Shown in pieces: positions 49,866 through 62,869 of a stretch of 64,000 nucleotides of DNA. The translations under genes were made by a program, and so were the position numbers. Position 1 is the stretch's first letter. The number at the start of each line of letters is the position of its first letter. The DNA comes from Prorocentrum cordatum (lineage: Eukaryota): NCBI GenBank assembly GCA_963575745.1, contig CAUYUJ010000002.1, positions 496,001-560,000 on the forward strand. Direction: 5' to 3'. The notes beneath the pieces are model-generated. The model made no database searches, had not been told where the DNA came from, and saw nothing but the letters and a program-made list of their open reading frames with translations.

Positions 49866-50399
49866 TGTATATATATATATACATACTTATTCGAAGCTCC
49901 GCGCGGATTTCTTGGATCGGCGCTGGGCCCCCCTGGCGGCACCCCAGGCGCGCTCCGCGCGCCGGGGAGGAGGGCCAGGGCCGATGCAAGAAATGCGTGG
50001 ACCCCCGAAAGTTTATATGTTATGTTTGGTCAGCTGCTTGTTCCTCTAAGGCTCTAAGGAGCTGCGCCTCGCCGAGCGCTTGCCAGAGCTCCCACGCAAT
50101 CTCTGCCTAGTTGTGCCTCTGTCCTACCTCCGTCTCAAGGGCAACGCCAGGGCGAATAACTTGGCGCGGGCGAGACATCGAAGTTTCGAGGTTCGAGGTT
50201 TTCGGACGACCGTGTCCGGTTGTCGGCGGTTTTCCAGCCTCGGGGTATTGTCCAACAGTTGCGCCAGGCCGAGTTCGTTCCGGGGGTGCGCGGATCGTCC
50301 TGAGCGGCCTTTGATGATGGCAATGTCAATGACGGCGTCGATGTTGGCCACGCCGATGCCGATGGTGGTGCCCGCGCGTCGGTGGTCAAGGTTTTCCGC

Positions 50400-50635
50400 A
50401 GTATTTCGGCACACCCCTCACACGCTTCGTGGCACCATTAGAGAGCTCCACCGAAGGCCCCAGTGGCAAAGTTCGCATGCGGTTCCACCCCCACTTTGGC
50501 ACACCCCTCACAAGTTCCGTGGCCCCATAGGGAGCTCCACCGAAGGCCCCAGTGGCAAAGTTCGCATGCGGGTCCACCCCCATTTCGGTACACCCCTCAC
50601 ACGTTTCGTGGCCCCATGGGGAGTTCCACCGAAGA
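50400..50635. repeat. Tandem repeat, about 89-bp unit, about 2.6 copies
   Basis: gg(c/t)acacccctcaca recurs at about 50408, 50498 and 50587, together with gagctccaccgaaggccccagtggcaaagttcgcatgcgg. Confidence 0.9.
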
Positions 50636-50820
50636 CGATACTCACAATTGCGACACCCACAATTGCATACGGTTGGGTCCTTCGCCAGGCTAGTTATAAA
50701 CAAGTGCGCGCGCTGACACGCTCGCGCGCCCTGCCCGCTTGGCCGCACTTCCTGCACATGTTGAACAACAGTCAGTTTCCGGGATAATTTGCAATGGCGC
50801 GCGCGCAGATGATCTTTGTA

Positions 50821-50860
<40 letters not shown>

Positions 50861-51056
50861 ATATATATATATATATTTGTATATATATATAGATCATGTT
50901 CTTTATTTCTGTTTATGTGGCTCTTTCTTTCTCGTTTTCTGTCTGTGTTATTTGTTGTTTTCTTTCTCTATCTTTTTCTCTTATATCTATATGCATATAA
51001 GAAACCACGTCGTGAAACCATGTCTGTGTCCATACGTTTCAGAGTATCGATTGGAG

Positions 51057-51756
51057 AGGCCTGACGGCCGGTGCCGCCGACCCTGATCGAAAGGGCTAGG
51101 AGTGGGGGGAGGAAGCGGTGGATGAGGAGGAGGAGGAGGAGGAGGAGTACGAGGAGATAGAGGAGGAGCAGGAGGAGGAGGAGGAGGAGGAGGAGGAGGA
51201 GGAGGAGGAGGAGGAGGAGGAGAAGGAAGTGCATCCTTTGTGTGCCCGCTCGAAGAAAGTGCGCCCCGGGAGTGTGATATTCTGACTTGGGACGTGTTCC
51301 CGGAAGAGGAAGAAGTGCATCTCGGAAAATGCACCCGAGGGGGGTGGTATTTTGACTCGGGGCCCGCTCCCGGGACGCCTCTGCGGGAGGAGGAGGAGGA
51401 GGAGGAGGAGGAGGAGGAGGAGGAAGGAGGAGAAGGAGGAGAGGAGCAGGAGGAGGAGGAGGAGGAGGAGGAGGAGGAGGAGGACCAGGAGGAGGAGGAA
51501 GTGCATCCCGTGCGTGCCCGCTCGAGGAAAGTGCGCCCTGGCGGGCGTCGTATCTGCCCCGGCCCCCCCCCCCTCCCCCCTGCGGGGAAGGGATCAAAGG
51601 GAAGGGGCTTCCCTTCGACTCCACTACGACGTCGTTTAATTTCGCTTTGGATAGCGCGCTTGAGGAGGAGAGCCCTGGGAGGGGGAAAACGGAGACGACG
51701 GAGACGACGAGTCGAACGGAGAAGCCCCTCACACACGCCGACGGGGTCGGCGGATT
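51057..51756 (-). mobile_element. Non-autonomous Helentron/HINE-like element, copy 1
   Basis: Ends aggcctgacggccggtgccgccgaccct ... cacacgccgacggggtcggcggattt: a subterminal IR, terminal hairpins and a microsatellite interior. Confidence 0.55.
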
Positions 51757-53697
51757 TTGAAATCCGCGCGGCGCCTTACTGTTTGAACGGTTCCGGCAAA
51801 CGCGCACGACGCCGCGCGCGTGGAATTAACGCATTTGTTGCCCGTGTTTTTTGTAAACTGATTTGTTGCGATCAACGAGTGCGCGCGCAAAAGTTTCATT
51901 TGTCACGGATGAGGGTTCGATGCCGGCCTGGTTGGGATGGTATGAATGCCCCGCTTGTAGCGAGCGAGGCCAACCTAGATGCCAGCGGAAGCAAAAGTTC
52001 CAAGCAACGGCTCGGGGGTGGTTGAGAGTCGGCAGAGCCGAAGGACAACATTCGTTGGCGTTGCCCATGCTTCATCGGGTCCTTCGGGACCTTTTTCGAA
52101 GTTTTATCGGGACAGATCGCGAGCAAGACCGGCGGATAACAGGAACCATATGAACAGCAAAGGCTCTCCCACGAAGCGTTGAACCGTTGCTGCGGCTCGG
52201 AACCCTTCTGGGGGGACTCTTCGGTCCTTCCTCCTGGGCCGCCCTGAGCATCTCGGGGCCGGCTTGGCCGAGCGAAGTGAACCCCACCCTTTCCCTCAGA
52301 AATCGTGGAGGGTAGGGGTAGGGTTCACATGTAGCCCCCTACAGGAGGGTCCGACCCACCCAGGTGGTTTCCTCGGCGCCGCGGGCACCAGTGGTAAACA
52401 ACACAGAAAGACGTTCGAGGTCAAGAGACGGGCCGATGAGACGAATGACAACCGGAGGCGGCCAGCAAGGCAGCACAGTCAGCGCGTTTAGTAAGGACGC
52501 GCGCCTTCATCTAATTAGGATGCCCTTGTGGGCCAGTGCAGTCAACGGCGCTTAGTAAGGACGCGCGCCTTCATCGAAGGTACCCTTGTGTCCTTGCCTC
52601 CGCGGCCCGCCGCCCCCAAAATCCAAGCTTCGGCCTCCAAGGGTCCTGTGTCCTTACCACCCGTCCTTCATACGCGTTATGATTGTAGTCTTGCAGGGGG
52701 CATCACAGCCTAGCGCTCCTTTCGAGGGGCGGTGGGATCACTGATCGCGGTTGCGTACTCCGTTCATCGTGTTTCTGCTACCATCATGACCCAAACATCC
52801 GGCGAACTGGTTCTTTCAATGCGCCGCCCCAGGAAGCCCGACCGCTTCCCATGAGGTCAGCATTTTCGCCCTGGAACAACTTTTTGTGGCTCCAGGGCGC
52901 AAGAATGGGCCCTCGAATCGAAGGTCCGCGCGGATTTCTTGGATCTGTGCTGCGCCCCCCTACGGCGCCTCCGGAGCCGCCCCTGTCCAGCGTGGATCCA
53001 AGAGATTTGCGCTGATAGTCGAACGTGCCTTCTTATGCTGAATTTCTCTCGCTGGAGATCTTGGGCACCACCATGTTGAGCGCTTGCGAAGTGGGTTTCC
53101 CCCGCAGGTCCTGCCCCGGGGCGCTACCAGGCGGCCTCAGCAGAGAGCGAAGAGGGCGAGGAGCGCGGGCCACAACAACCGGGGCGTGCCCTCCTACTTC
53201 AGTGTCGTTTCACCGATCCATATCCTTCAGTCGGGCCTGTCGCTTTACAAGGGGAATGTTCAAAAATAACTGAAAAATAGTCTGGGGACGATGATTAGTT
53301 TGGCCATTTTGAGTATTTGAAGGGTATTATTTCAGAGTTGTCGTTCAAAATCCGCCTGTAGGGGGGACATACCCGACCTAAGTCTATCCCCATCCCCATC
53401 CACATCTCGAGCCCCACCGCCTCACCACCTCAGTTGGGGATGTGCCCCTCGAAATCGAAGAGAGCAGCATATATCCCCACCCAGGCGGGGTCAATCGGCT
53501 AGTGAGGCCCAGCCCACTCTGGTGGGCATGGGGATCGGTTAAACGATGCTCACTACTCTCCTCCCTTGCTTTAAGTCGGGCCTGTCCCTCTACAGGAGGA
53601 ATACTCAAACATGGCATGGTTAAGAAGAAAAAAACATCATCTGGGAACTATAGTTTGATTATCTTTGAGCTTCTTTAGAGATGTTTGACTACTGCTA

Positions 53698-54417
53698 AGG
53701 CCTTACGGCCAGTGCCGCCGACCCTGGATACCTCGGCCTTCGAGGGTGACGGGATGCGTGATAAGACGTCGGAAGTAAATGAAGACGTAGCGGAGGACGA
53801 GGAGGAGGAGGAGGACGAGGAGGAGAAGAGGAGGAGGAGGAGGAAGGGGAGGAGAAGGAGGAGGAGGAGGAGTAGGAGGAGATAAAGAGGAGCAGGAGGA
53901 GGAGGGGGAGGTGGCGGAGGATGAGGAGGAGGACGAGGAGAGGAGGAGAGGAGGAGGAGGAGGAGGAGAGGTGGAGGAGGAGGAGAGGAGGGAGGGGAGG
54001 AGGAGGAGGAGGGAGGAGGGAGGAGGAGGAGGAGGAGGAGGGAGGGAGGAGGAGGAGGAGGAGGCGAGGAGGAGGAGGAGGAGGAGGAGGGAGGAGGAGG
54101 GAGGAGGAGGGAGGAGGGGGAGGGGGAGGGGAAGGGGGAGGGGGAGGGGGAGGGGGAGGGGAGGGGGAGGGGGAGGGGGGGAGGGGGAGGGGGAGAGGGT
54201 CGCCCAGGGGGATGCGTATCTGCCCCCCCACCCCCTTCCCTGGTGAGGAGGGGAAGGAGCGACTACGATTTCCTTCTGTTTCGGAGGGTCGCGGGGGGGG
54301 ATGCGTATCTGCCCCCCCCCCCCACCCCCCCGGTGGGGAGGGTAGGGAGGGGCTTCGCCACGACTACGATTTCCTTCTGTTTCGTGTTCGATTTCCTTTT
54401 ATTTCGGGCGACGACGA

Positions 54418-54472
<55 letters not shown>

Positions 54473-54534
54473 GATTCACGCAAGACGACGACACCGGGAT
54501 GCGTCTTCCACACGCCGACACGGTCGGCGGATTT
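53698..54534 (-). mobile_element. Non-autonomous Helentron/HINE-like element, copy 2, nested in a family-B MITE
   Basis: Same termini as 51057-51756. It separates the left TIR (53571) and right TIR (about 54561-54582) of MITE family B. Confidence 0.55.
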
Positions 54535-55091
54535 GTTATGTTTTTTGTCCCAAATCCGCCTGTAGGAGGACATGCCCGACCTGACCCTTGGTGGCAGTCG
54601 CCACCCTCGCCCCACCCCGTCCTCCGCGGCCCTCGTGGCTCGGCCCGCCTCCCCTCCCCTGGCGATCCTCCCATTCCCAGTCCCAGTCCCAGTGCCATTC
54701 CCATCCCCACTCCCATTCCCCCCCCCATCGCCCCCTCTCGCACCCCTTTCCCTTGGCCCCCTTCGCCTTCCGCGCCTTCGATCTCCACTCTCCAGTCTCC
54801 AATCCCCCCTTGCGCCATCGCAGCCTTTCCCTTGCCCCCCGCGCCCGTCTCTCTCTCTCTCCTGCATCCTTCTGGGCTCCGCTGCCAGTCCCCTATGCTT
54901 CCCCCCCCCCAGTCGTCGCACTGCTTTCCGCTTCTTGACCCCTTTCCTCTCTACTCCGCCTTCTCATTCCTCCCTCCTCCCTCCTTCCTTTTCCGCCTCC
55001 TCATTCTCCTTCTCCTCCGCCCCATCTCTCTTCGTAATATTCTTATTCGTGTCATGATTAGTATGGTTATTCTGATTTGAAAGAGCGTGTT

Positions 55092-56411
55092 CTACCGCTG
55101 CTGGCGGAAAACCGGGCTGCCGGTTCGAACCTCCCCCCCCTCCAGAAAACCAGGGGGGGGGTCACTACCGGTTCGAACCCCCCCCGCCCCCAGTCCATCA
55201 TGAAAAGGGGGGGGTACTACCGGTTCGAACCCCCCCCCCCCTCGAAAACCGTGGGGGGTCACTACCGGCGGTTCGAACACCCCCCCCTCCTCGAAAACCG
55301 AGGAGGGGTGCGGACAGTGGTGGGGACGGTGGTGGTGGGGACAGTGGTGAGGGGACAGCGGGACAGTGGTGGGGACAGTGGGACAGTGGTGGGGGCGGTA
55401 GTGGTGGGGACTGTGGTGAAGGCGGTGGTGAGGACAGTGGTGGGGCAGTAGCACGGTGGGGAAAGTGGTGGGGACAGTGATGGGGACAGTGGGGACGCTG
55501 GGACAGCACAGTGGGACAGCGGCGGGGACAGTGGGACAGTTCTGGGTACAGTGGGGGCAGTGGGACAGTGGTGGGGACCGTGGGGAAAGTGGGGAGAGTG
55601 GGACCGTGGTGGCTCAACGGTGGGGAGAGTGGGGACATTGACACACTGGTGGGGGCACTGGTGGGGACAGCGGGACAATGGTGGGAACAGTGGGACAGTG
55701 GTGGGGCCGGTGAGGCCGTTGGGGAGAGTGGCACCGTGGTGGGAACAGTGGTGGGGACAGTTGGGGCAGTGCGACAGTGGTGGGGGCACTTGTGGGGACA
55801 GTAGGGACGGTGATGGAACCAGTGGGGACAGTGGTGGTGAGGACAGTGGTGCTGGGAACAGCAGTGGGGGATGTGGTGCGGATTGTGGCAGAGACCGGGA
55901 GTCGTTTGCTGGCGGTGAGGGAGGGGGGGGTTCGAACGGGTATTGACCCACCCTGGTTTTCGAGGAAGGGGTTCGAACCCGCAGTGACCCCCCCCGGTTT
56001 TCGAGGGGGAGGGGGGGGTCGAACTGGTAGTGACCCCCCCTGGTTTTCGATCGGTAGTGGCCCCCCTTGGTTTTCTGGAGGGGGGTGGGGGGTTCGAACC
56101 GGGAGTGACCTTTCTTTGGTTTTCTGGGGGAGGGGGTAGAACCGGTTGTGACCCCCCCCGGTTTTCGGGGGGGGGGGGTTCGAACCGGTAGTGACCCCCC
56201 CCATTTTTCTGGAGGGGAGGGGGGTGTTCGAACCGTTAGTGACCCCCCCCGGTTTTCTGGAGGGGAGGGGGGGGGGGTTCGGTGAGAGGGGGGTGCTTTG
56301 CCGGGGGAAGAGGGGGGGGGGTCCAGCAGGGAGGGGGGGGATTTTCGGGGGGGGGAACCCCGGGCTTCGGAGGAAGAGGGGGGGGAATTGTCCACAGTAA
56401 AGCGGCGGTGG
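55092..56411. mobile_element. Foldback-like element: internally repetitive inverted arms around a GGGACAGTGGT minisatellite
   Basis: Left arm units cactaccggttcgaaccccccc..gaaaaccggggggg (55105-55305); reverse-complement units at 55920-56285; central minisatellite at 55310-55875. Confidence 0.75.
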
Positions 56412-56414
56412 ATC

Positions 56415-56450
<36 letters not shown>

Positions 56451-58849
56451 CGTGATATCCCTAGTCTGCTCCTTCGTCTTATCAGTATTAATTTTCTTTT
56501 TTTTCTGAGTAAAAGAATTAACATGTGGACCATTAGTAGTATTAGTTCTAGAGTGTTTGTATTATTGTTAGTATGTTTTGTTATACCTGTATCATTAACG
56601 TCATCAGTAGTACTTATTTTGATGTTATGCTTGTCAAGGTGGTGCGCATTATCATTAAGAGTAGTCCTCTTTCATTCTGTCTAATTCCTCCCTGACTCCT
56701 GACCCTTCGCCCTCCCCCCCCGCCTTTCAAGTGGTCCTGAAAGCCAGACAGACCCCCCAGAAGTTTTCCGAGCACGACGTAAGAAAGTTGGGCGAGAGTG
56801 TTTCGTATTCGGTTCAGCCTCCCAGCTCCAAGACGTGTGACGGCGGGTCTTGGTCTGTTTCGCGAGTCAACAGTGGCTGGCCCTATTGCCTCACATGCGT
56901 TCCCATCCGGCCATCAGCGTGCCATTGCGTTGGACACATTTCTCACGATGGACGACGGCGCACTACCAAAGATGTGCAAAGCAGGCACAGGGTTCCAATC
57001 CCGCTTTTGGTGTATCGACGTCCCACACGAAGGATGGTCTGATTGCTTGGTTCGATCGTAGATCAGATGCGTTTTGGAACATATTCCCAGTGCCCGATAG
57101 TATAGCCAGCTACTTGTCCTGCACTGCGCAGTGCCTGTTCATTCGTTTGAGGCCTCCCCCTCAGCGGTCTCTTGTACGTAGATGTAGGTCTGTCCAAATT
57201 CTCTGCTTGCTGGTCGCCCCAAGTCGGCCTCCCACACTTTTGCACTTGCTCTGCGTCTCGCGTTTTCTGTGATGAGTAATTGTTCTTGGTTCTCGTGGAC
57301 AGAAGCTTGGTTCCAATCAGGCAGTGCGTGTTCGTGAGAATTCGTCAGTGCGCGTGTCTCTTGGTTGCCACATGCTTTCCTGATTCGCTTTGTCGCTGTC
57401 CCGCTCAGGTGCGTGTGCCTGCCTCGTGTGTCTTAGCGTCGAGTGTCCAGCTTTGCGCTGAAATATGGTGTGCGTAGCTGCCGCTCGTGCTGTGGTGGCA
57501 TCCGAGCTGGTCGCGTGTCACTTGTTGGTCGGTCTCAGGCCTCTAGGGCAGGTTGCAAGTGCTGTGCTTGTCTCCACCCCTTCCTGCTCCCGTCTCCTAA
57601 CAGCTAGGTTGGCGCACGCTTTCTCGGGCTTTCGAGCTTCCCATGCCTCCTCGCCCTCGCCTGCACAATGAAGCTTTCAGTGGTGGCAGTGGCCGCCATT
57701 TACCTTGGGTGTGATGTCACACCGGTTTGCTTCTCATCTGCCTGGATCAGGGGCGCTTGCCCGCAGACTAGTTGTCGCACGTGTGTTACGCCTTGTGCGT
57801 TTCAGGCGCGTGCGACTGTGTAAGCTAACGATGGGCCTCCGGTCCGATCCCATCCGATCCTCTCTTCCCGCCCGCCCGCCATCACTCCTCCCTCCCCGTC
57901 CTTCCCAACTCCCCGCCGCTGGAGGGGTACGGGGCCCACTCTCACTCTTTCCGGTTGCTCGTCCTGGCCTGGCGAACGAGGTGTCCAATCCCGAGCCCCC
58001 CGCCGGCCCTCCCCGCCGCGAGCTTCGGAGGAGCACCAGCTGCACCAACGGCGGCTCTGCCGCCCGGCCCAGATCCGCTCAAAGCTGATGGGCCTGTTTT
58101 CCACCACCACCACCACCATAAGTTGGAGGAGGAGGAGGAGGAGGAGGAGGAGGAGGAGGAGGATAAGGAGGACGAGGAAGAGGAGGAGGAGGAGGAGGAG
58201 GGGGACCCCCTCCCACTCTAACTTATGGTGGTGATGGCGGTGGAAAGCAGGCCCATCAAAAGCTGATCCCAGGACCACCCCCTGGGGGTCCATTCTAACC
58301 CGTTTCTCGAGGCGGCCCCCGTCGTGGCGACGAGACCCTCGGGGGCAACGAACGAAGGGGGGGGTATACGTAGGCTCAGGGGGGCACGCATCGCCCCCCA
58401 TTCGCCCATTGATCGCTGGGAGGGGCCCGATAGCCCCAACTTGCCCAGGGAGGTGCGGATTCACTACCAGAGGCCTACCGCCGATCAATCGGCGATGTGT
58501 CGCCGATTCCACGTCGATGCTTCCCCCCCGTGTTCCTATCCCCGACTATCGTTGCCCCTAACCCCCCCCTATTCCTATCCCCCCCCTTATTCCTATCCCC
58601 ACCCAGTCGTTGCCCCTCGGCCCCCCTGGGGGTTCCAGAAGCGAGCACAACGCCACGGAAGGCCGCCGTTGTCTCGATTGGCCCCCCGCGGCGAGCTGCC
58701 GGAGCCCGCGAAGCGCGCCTCGCGGCTGCTAGGACGTTCTAGCCAAACCATTTTTATGTTCCGTGTCATTCACGCATTATTATACATGGAATGCGCGCGA
58801 CTATACGTTTTTGCTCGAACAGGGAGGCTTAACGCACCTGGGGGAAGCA

Positions 58850-61800
58850 GTGTCAAGGGGATCTACTGCACGGGATGGTGTTGCCAGCGCCGCCGCTTCG
58901 TTTTGGGTTCCAGCCTTTGGCGGGAAAGCAGGCCAAATCTAGGCGATCTCAAGGGGGGGCGGAGAGACTAAAAGCCACGCGGGCGACGCAGAGGAATGCC
59001 AAGGCACATGGGACATCGCATTCGACCTCGTCAAGCCGCAGGGTGGTCACACTTCACACTTTCGGGCGTTCCTCGCAGCAGAATTTACATCCATCGAGCA
59101 GGCTCTCGAAGGCTCACGTGCGGAGGATGCAAGCTCAAGGCATGATCCCCCCGCCTCTGGCACACAAAGCCGCCCGAAACCGAAATTTTCCGCTGACTAT
59201 GTCGCGAAAGCGGCGCCCTCTTTCGGATGACCCGCGGTAAGTGTTACGCCATGCTTCTTGCAAAGGGTTTGCATTCGTTGCGATGTCCACAAGCGCCCTA
59301 AGGTTCACGAGGCGTGTACACTCTACGGGGGCCGGTCGTGGTTGGCACGAGGCGTCAGCCGCGGCATGTGGAGCTTCGGTTGCAGAATTCGCGTCCAGTT
59401 CGCGGATTGTGGCAATCGATGTGACGGCGCTAGGTTTGTAAAGTTTGCAGTTCCAGATTCGACCGAAGACAGGCTTTAACGCTAGGGTGCTTCTTGAGCG
59501 GCACAGCAGTTCAAATCACATCGCGTCGCTTGCGGGATAACAATGAAGGCGACAATGTGTGTTCAGCCGACTGTGCCACAGCCTCTGGCGTGCTCCTTCG
59601 TTTGACCAAATGAGAAACTATGCGAGCCTCAGCTGGCCGAGTCTGATCCTGGGTTGATTCAGGGAAACGCGCCATCGCCATCGGAGTGGCGAGATGTCTG
59701 GGCGCAGCTATCAGAAGGCGCCTCGCTCCGAAAGGCCGCTCGCATCGAAGCGAAGGCAAGCCGCGCGCCCGATCCGGCGATGCAAGTTAACCGATTTCGA
59801 AAACGCCAGCGCCAAGTGATGGTGACAGCATCGAGGAAGAACATCCGCAAGGCGCTGGCCCAGGCAACTTCCATATCTCTGGCAACACATGAGTCGAAGT
59901 ATTGGAAAATAGTTCGATTCCGTGCCGATAGCAGTGCTGCGCCAAAAAGATGCATGGTTTCCACCTGAGTAGCGTCTCTGCTTCGGGTTTCTGTGTCTCT
60001 GGCGCGTTGGGCCTCCTGGACTGTTAGAAAAAGCACGCGCGTGACTTCGAGTATGACCACGCTGTCGCTGCCGTTAAGCAACTGGGTGACTTGCCGACGA
60101 GATTATGCGCGCCGTTGGGGAAGATTGCAGGCTGCAGGGGGGCACCGCCTCTGGCGTGCGATACGGAACTGAAAGTGCACGTGCTGAAAACAGCGACTCG
60201 CTTCTCTGCTGCTGCCGCGCCCAAGGAGCGGCGCGCGGCATTCCTCGCTGCTCGCGGTCTGTTTCCAGACGCGTTAATTGTCATTCGCGACCCAGCGCGC
60301 GCCATGCGCATAGCTTGCAAAGCGATGCGCTGCGACGACGCGTTGAGGCAGGTGTGGAGCGAGCTGTTCAACGATCGGCACTCTTTGGTTCCTGATTTGA
60401 TGAACTCGAACAAGCGGCGCCATTGGTCGGTGGCCATCCAGGGGGGCAACGCGCAAGCGGCGGCGCTGCCTGGACTGCCTGGGGGCGCCCAGCCGCCGGC
60501 GGAAATCGCGTGGAACCTGGCCTTTGCCAAGCAACGTTTCGACTCTACGGCGGACCCCGTGTTGAAGATCGCCCCCGTGCTTTTGCTGGCGGCAACAATG
60601 CTTGCGCGCGTCGCGTCTGACGCCGCCGCGAGCGGGGGCGACGCGATCGGGCGAGCGCCCCGTTGCGGAAATTTGATGCCAAGTCCTGCGCGGCCGTTGG
60701 CGCGCAGGCAGATTGGGGGGTCATCTGAAATTGGCGCTTGCGGCTCCTCGGCGCGGCCAGCCACGACATTGCGAAGTCGCGTTCCGAGATCGACTGCATG
60801 ATCGAGACGCTGGGCGCGGTCTGCGTGGAAGGGCGGGTGCCCGGACGATTCTCCAGACAGCCCCCGTCGAAGCTGCGGCGCCCCGCGCGCCGGTTCCAGC
60901 CGCCGAGGGGCCGCTGCCGCGTCTCCGCGCCGAGGCCCACCACTAGGCGGGCCTCGTTGCAGAGTCGGTCTCGCGCAGTCTTCGGCGCTGGTATGTGTTC
61001 CACGCGGATGGTGACCCTGCGATGCCATGGGGGGAACCAGCAGCGGCGCATATGGAGGAGCTCCTCCATCGATTACAGAACGTGGCCATCTTGACAAAAG
61101 AACGCCTGCTAGCAGATTTCCCGAGGACTGACGCCCGCTCGGCGCTGGCGACGTTTGATCGGCGTCTCGCGCAGAAAGGTTTTGGCCCACGGCCTGACGT
61201 GGAAGTGCGGCGTCTGCTTCTGCGGGCCGCGCGCCAGCTCGCGGCCCCCCTCAGCTGCAATGAACAAACTGCGTTGTAGTATGACGACGTGCACTTCCTT
61301 ACATGATCGAACAGATGGGGCCGCCCCAGCCACAGGCGGGACTGACCAACCAGCCGGCGACGGCTCGTTTGCTTGACGATGATTTGTGGGGGGGCGGCCT
61401 GCCCGAAGCGGCTCCGCGGGGCCTTTCGCGCGCTGCGCAGTTTAATTCGGCGTTGCATTTCGATCGAAGATGGGGGGTGCACCGTCGAAAGCGACCTCGC
61501 TGCATTCCGGGGGCAACGCGTAGCTCGCCGCGCCGATGACATCGTCTTCCACGACGACGGTTTGATCGCCAAGCTTAGCGGACCGAAGACGGCGACAGAG
61601 TTCGACGCAGGCTACCTGGACAGGACTTGACGTTCTTCTCCAGGGAATGCGCCAGCCTCTGGCGGCAACTGTTCGGAAACCGTCGTGGCCTGTACAATCC
61701 TCACGCTACTGCGGCTGGGTGCGCCTGGGCTTGTTCGCGGACGTCGTCAGGCCATCTTCGGGGCTGCCCGCTCGGCCGTGATTGCGTCGCGCCTCCGACG

Positions 61801-62788
61801 GAGGGTCCCCTCCTCGACCGCAATGCATTCTGGCGTTGGATCCGAAGAGAGCGCGCTGCGGAACGAAGAAATGGGCAAGTTTCAACAGCGCAGCCGAGCC
61901 GATATACCTTGCGCCAAGAAGGCGCGGGCGCGCCCAGGGGCGCCATTCGCGGGGCCGCCCGGCGTTAACCTGGCTCCGAGACTGGGCGCGACACCGCGGC
62001 CTCTGGCGCGGCCTCCGCCGCGCGGCAAGGTATCGGGCGAAGAGAGCTACGCGCATGCACCGATCTTGACAACGTCCATCCTTGACCCATCACTGGCGCA
62101 TATATATATATACATATACATATACACACACACCTTCCTGGCAAAGGCAAGAGGGCGTATGCGCAGATCCTGGGCTCAGGATGGGCATGGCCAGAATCGG
62201 TGTAGGCGCATAGTTCTCTTTCCTTTAAAGGTAGCAATCCTCGGCGGCGCGCTTGTCGAGCGCCTTGTGAGAAGTTGCGTAATTGTCACTGGCAGACACC
62301 GTTGTGCCGAAGCAGATATCGTCGTCGTTCCAGATTTGTCGCTCATCCACGACGTGGATGCACTGGCAGCGTGCGTGGACCTAGCTTTGTTTTTCTTTTG
62401 CCTCATCTCGCTCGGCTTGGACGTCGCCACGAAAACGCGCCTGGTCGTTGCCTGCGGCCACCGCCTGGGCGCCGCCACGAAAACGCACCCGGTTGTTCCC
62501 CGCGGCCGCCCAGACAGAATTCCACTCCGTCATCGCGCGAGCCACGCTCCAGCAAACAAGCGCCAGGAGGTAATTTATCCCGGGCCAGGCTTCGTCGCGC
62601 AGCATGTGGAAGTTCGGGCGGCAGCGAGGCGCGCGGCTCGCAGAACGGGATCAAAACTCGCGGCGCCCGAAGCGCCCCTCTGGCAGCGAGCGCGGACGGG
62701 GCCCCCGTGCCCACTTGAGGAGTTTGCTCTTTCAAAATCCATGCTTCGCGGGCCCTTGAAATTCGCGAGGCCCCCTGGTCACCAGTAG
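58850..62788 (+). pseudogene. Decayed hAT-like DDE transposase
   Basis: TTF-like finger SWL....WSFGC...F.KF...LERHSSS..H (about 59335-59520); SISLATHES (the SL.LDES-type first Asp altered); IRDPARAMRI (C/DxxH position); KQRFDS (RW.S position); TVESDL (catalytic E position, about 61482-61499). Many frameshifts. Confidence 0.6.
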
Positions 62789-62869
62789 CTGCGCCGTCGC
62801 TGCGGGAAGGGCTTTCGCTCTGAGCGATTCGCGCGTTCGCTCTTGCAGACCCCCCCGCCACCAAACAAG

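Noticed and set aside
50400..50635. CRISPR-like array
   Set aside because: The whole unit repeats with no unique spacers, there are no cas genes, and the context is eukaryotic.
55105..56285. tRNA genes suggested by GGTTCGAACC
   Set aside because: No cloverleaf, A-box or anticodon arm; the motif is part of a ~45-bp tandem unit.
56700..57700. Non-repetitive stretch with short ORFs
   Set aside because: No recognisable motif or consistent frame; it may be decayed element sequence but cannot be supported.
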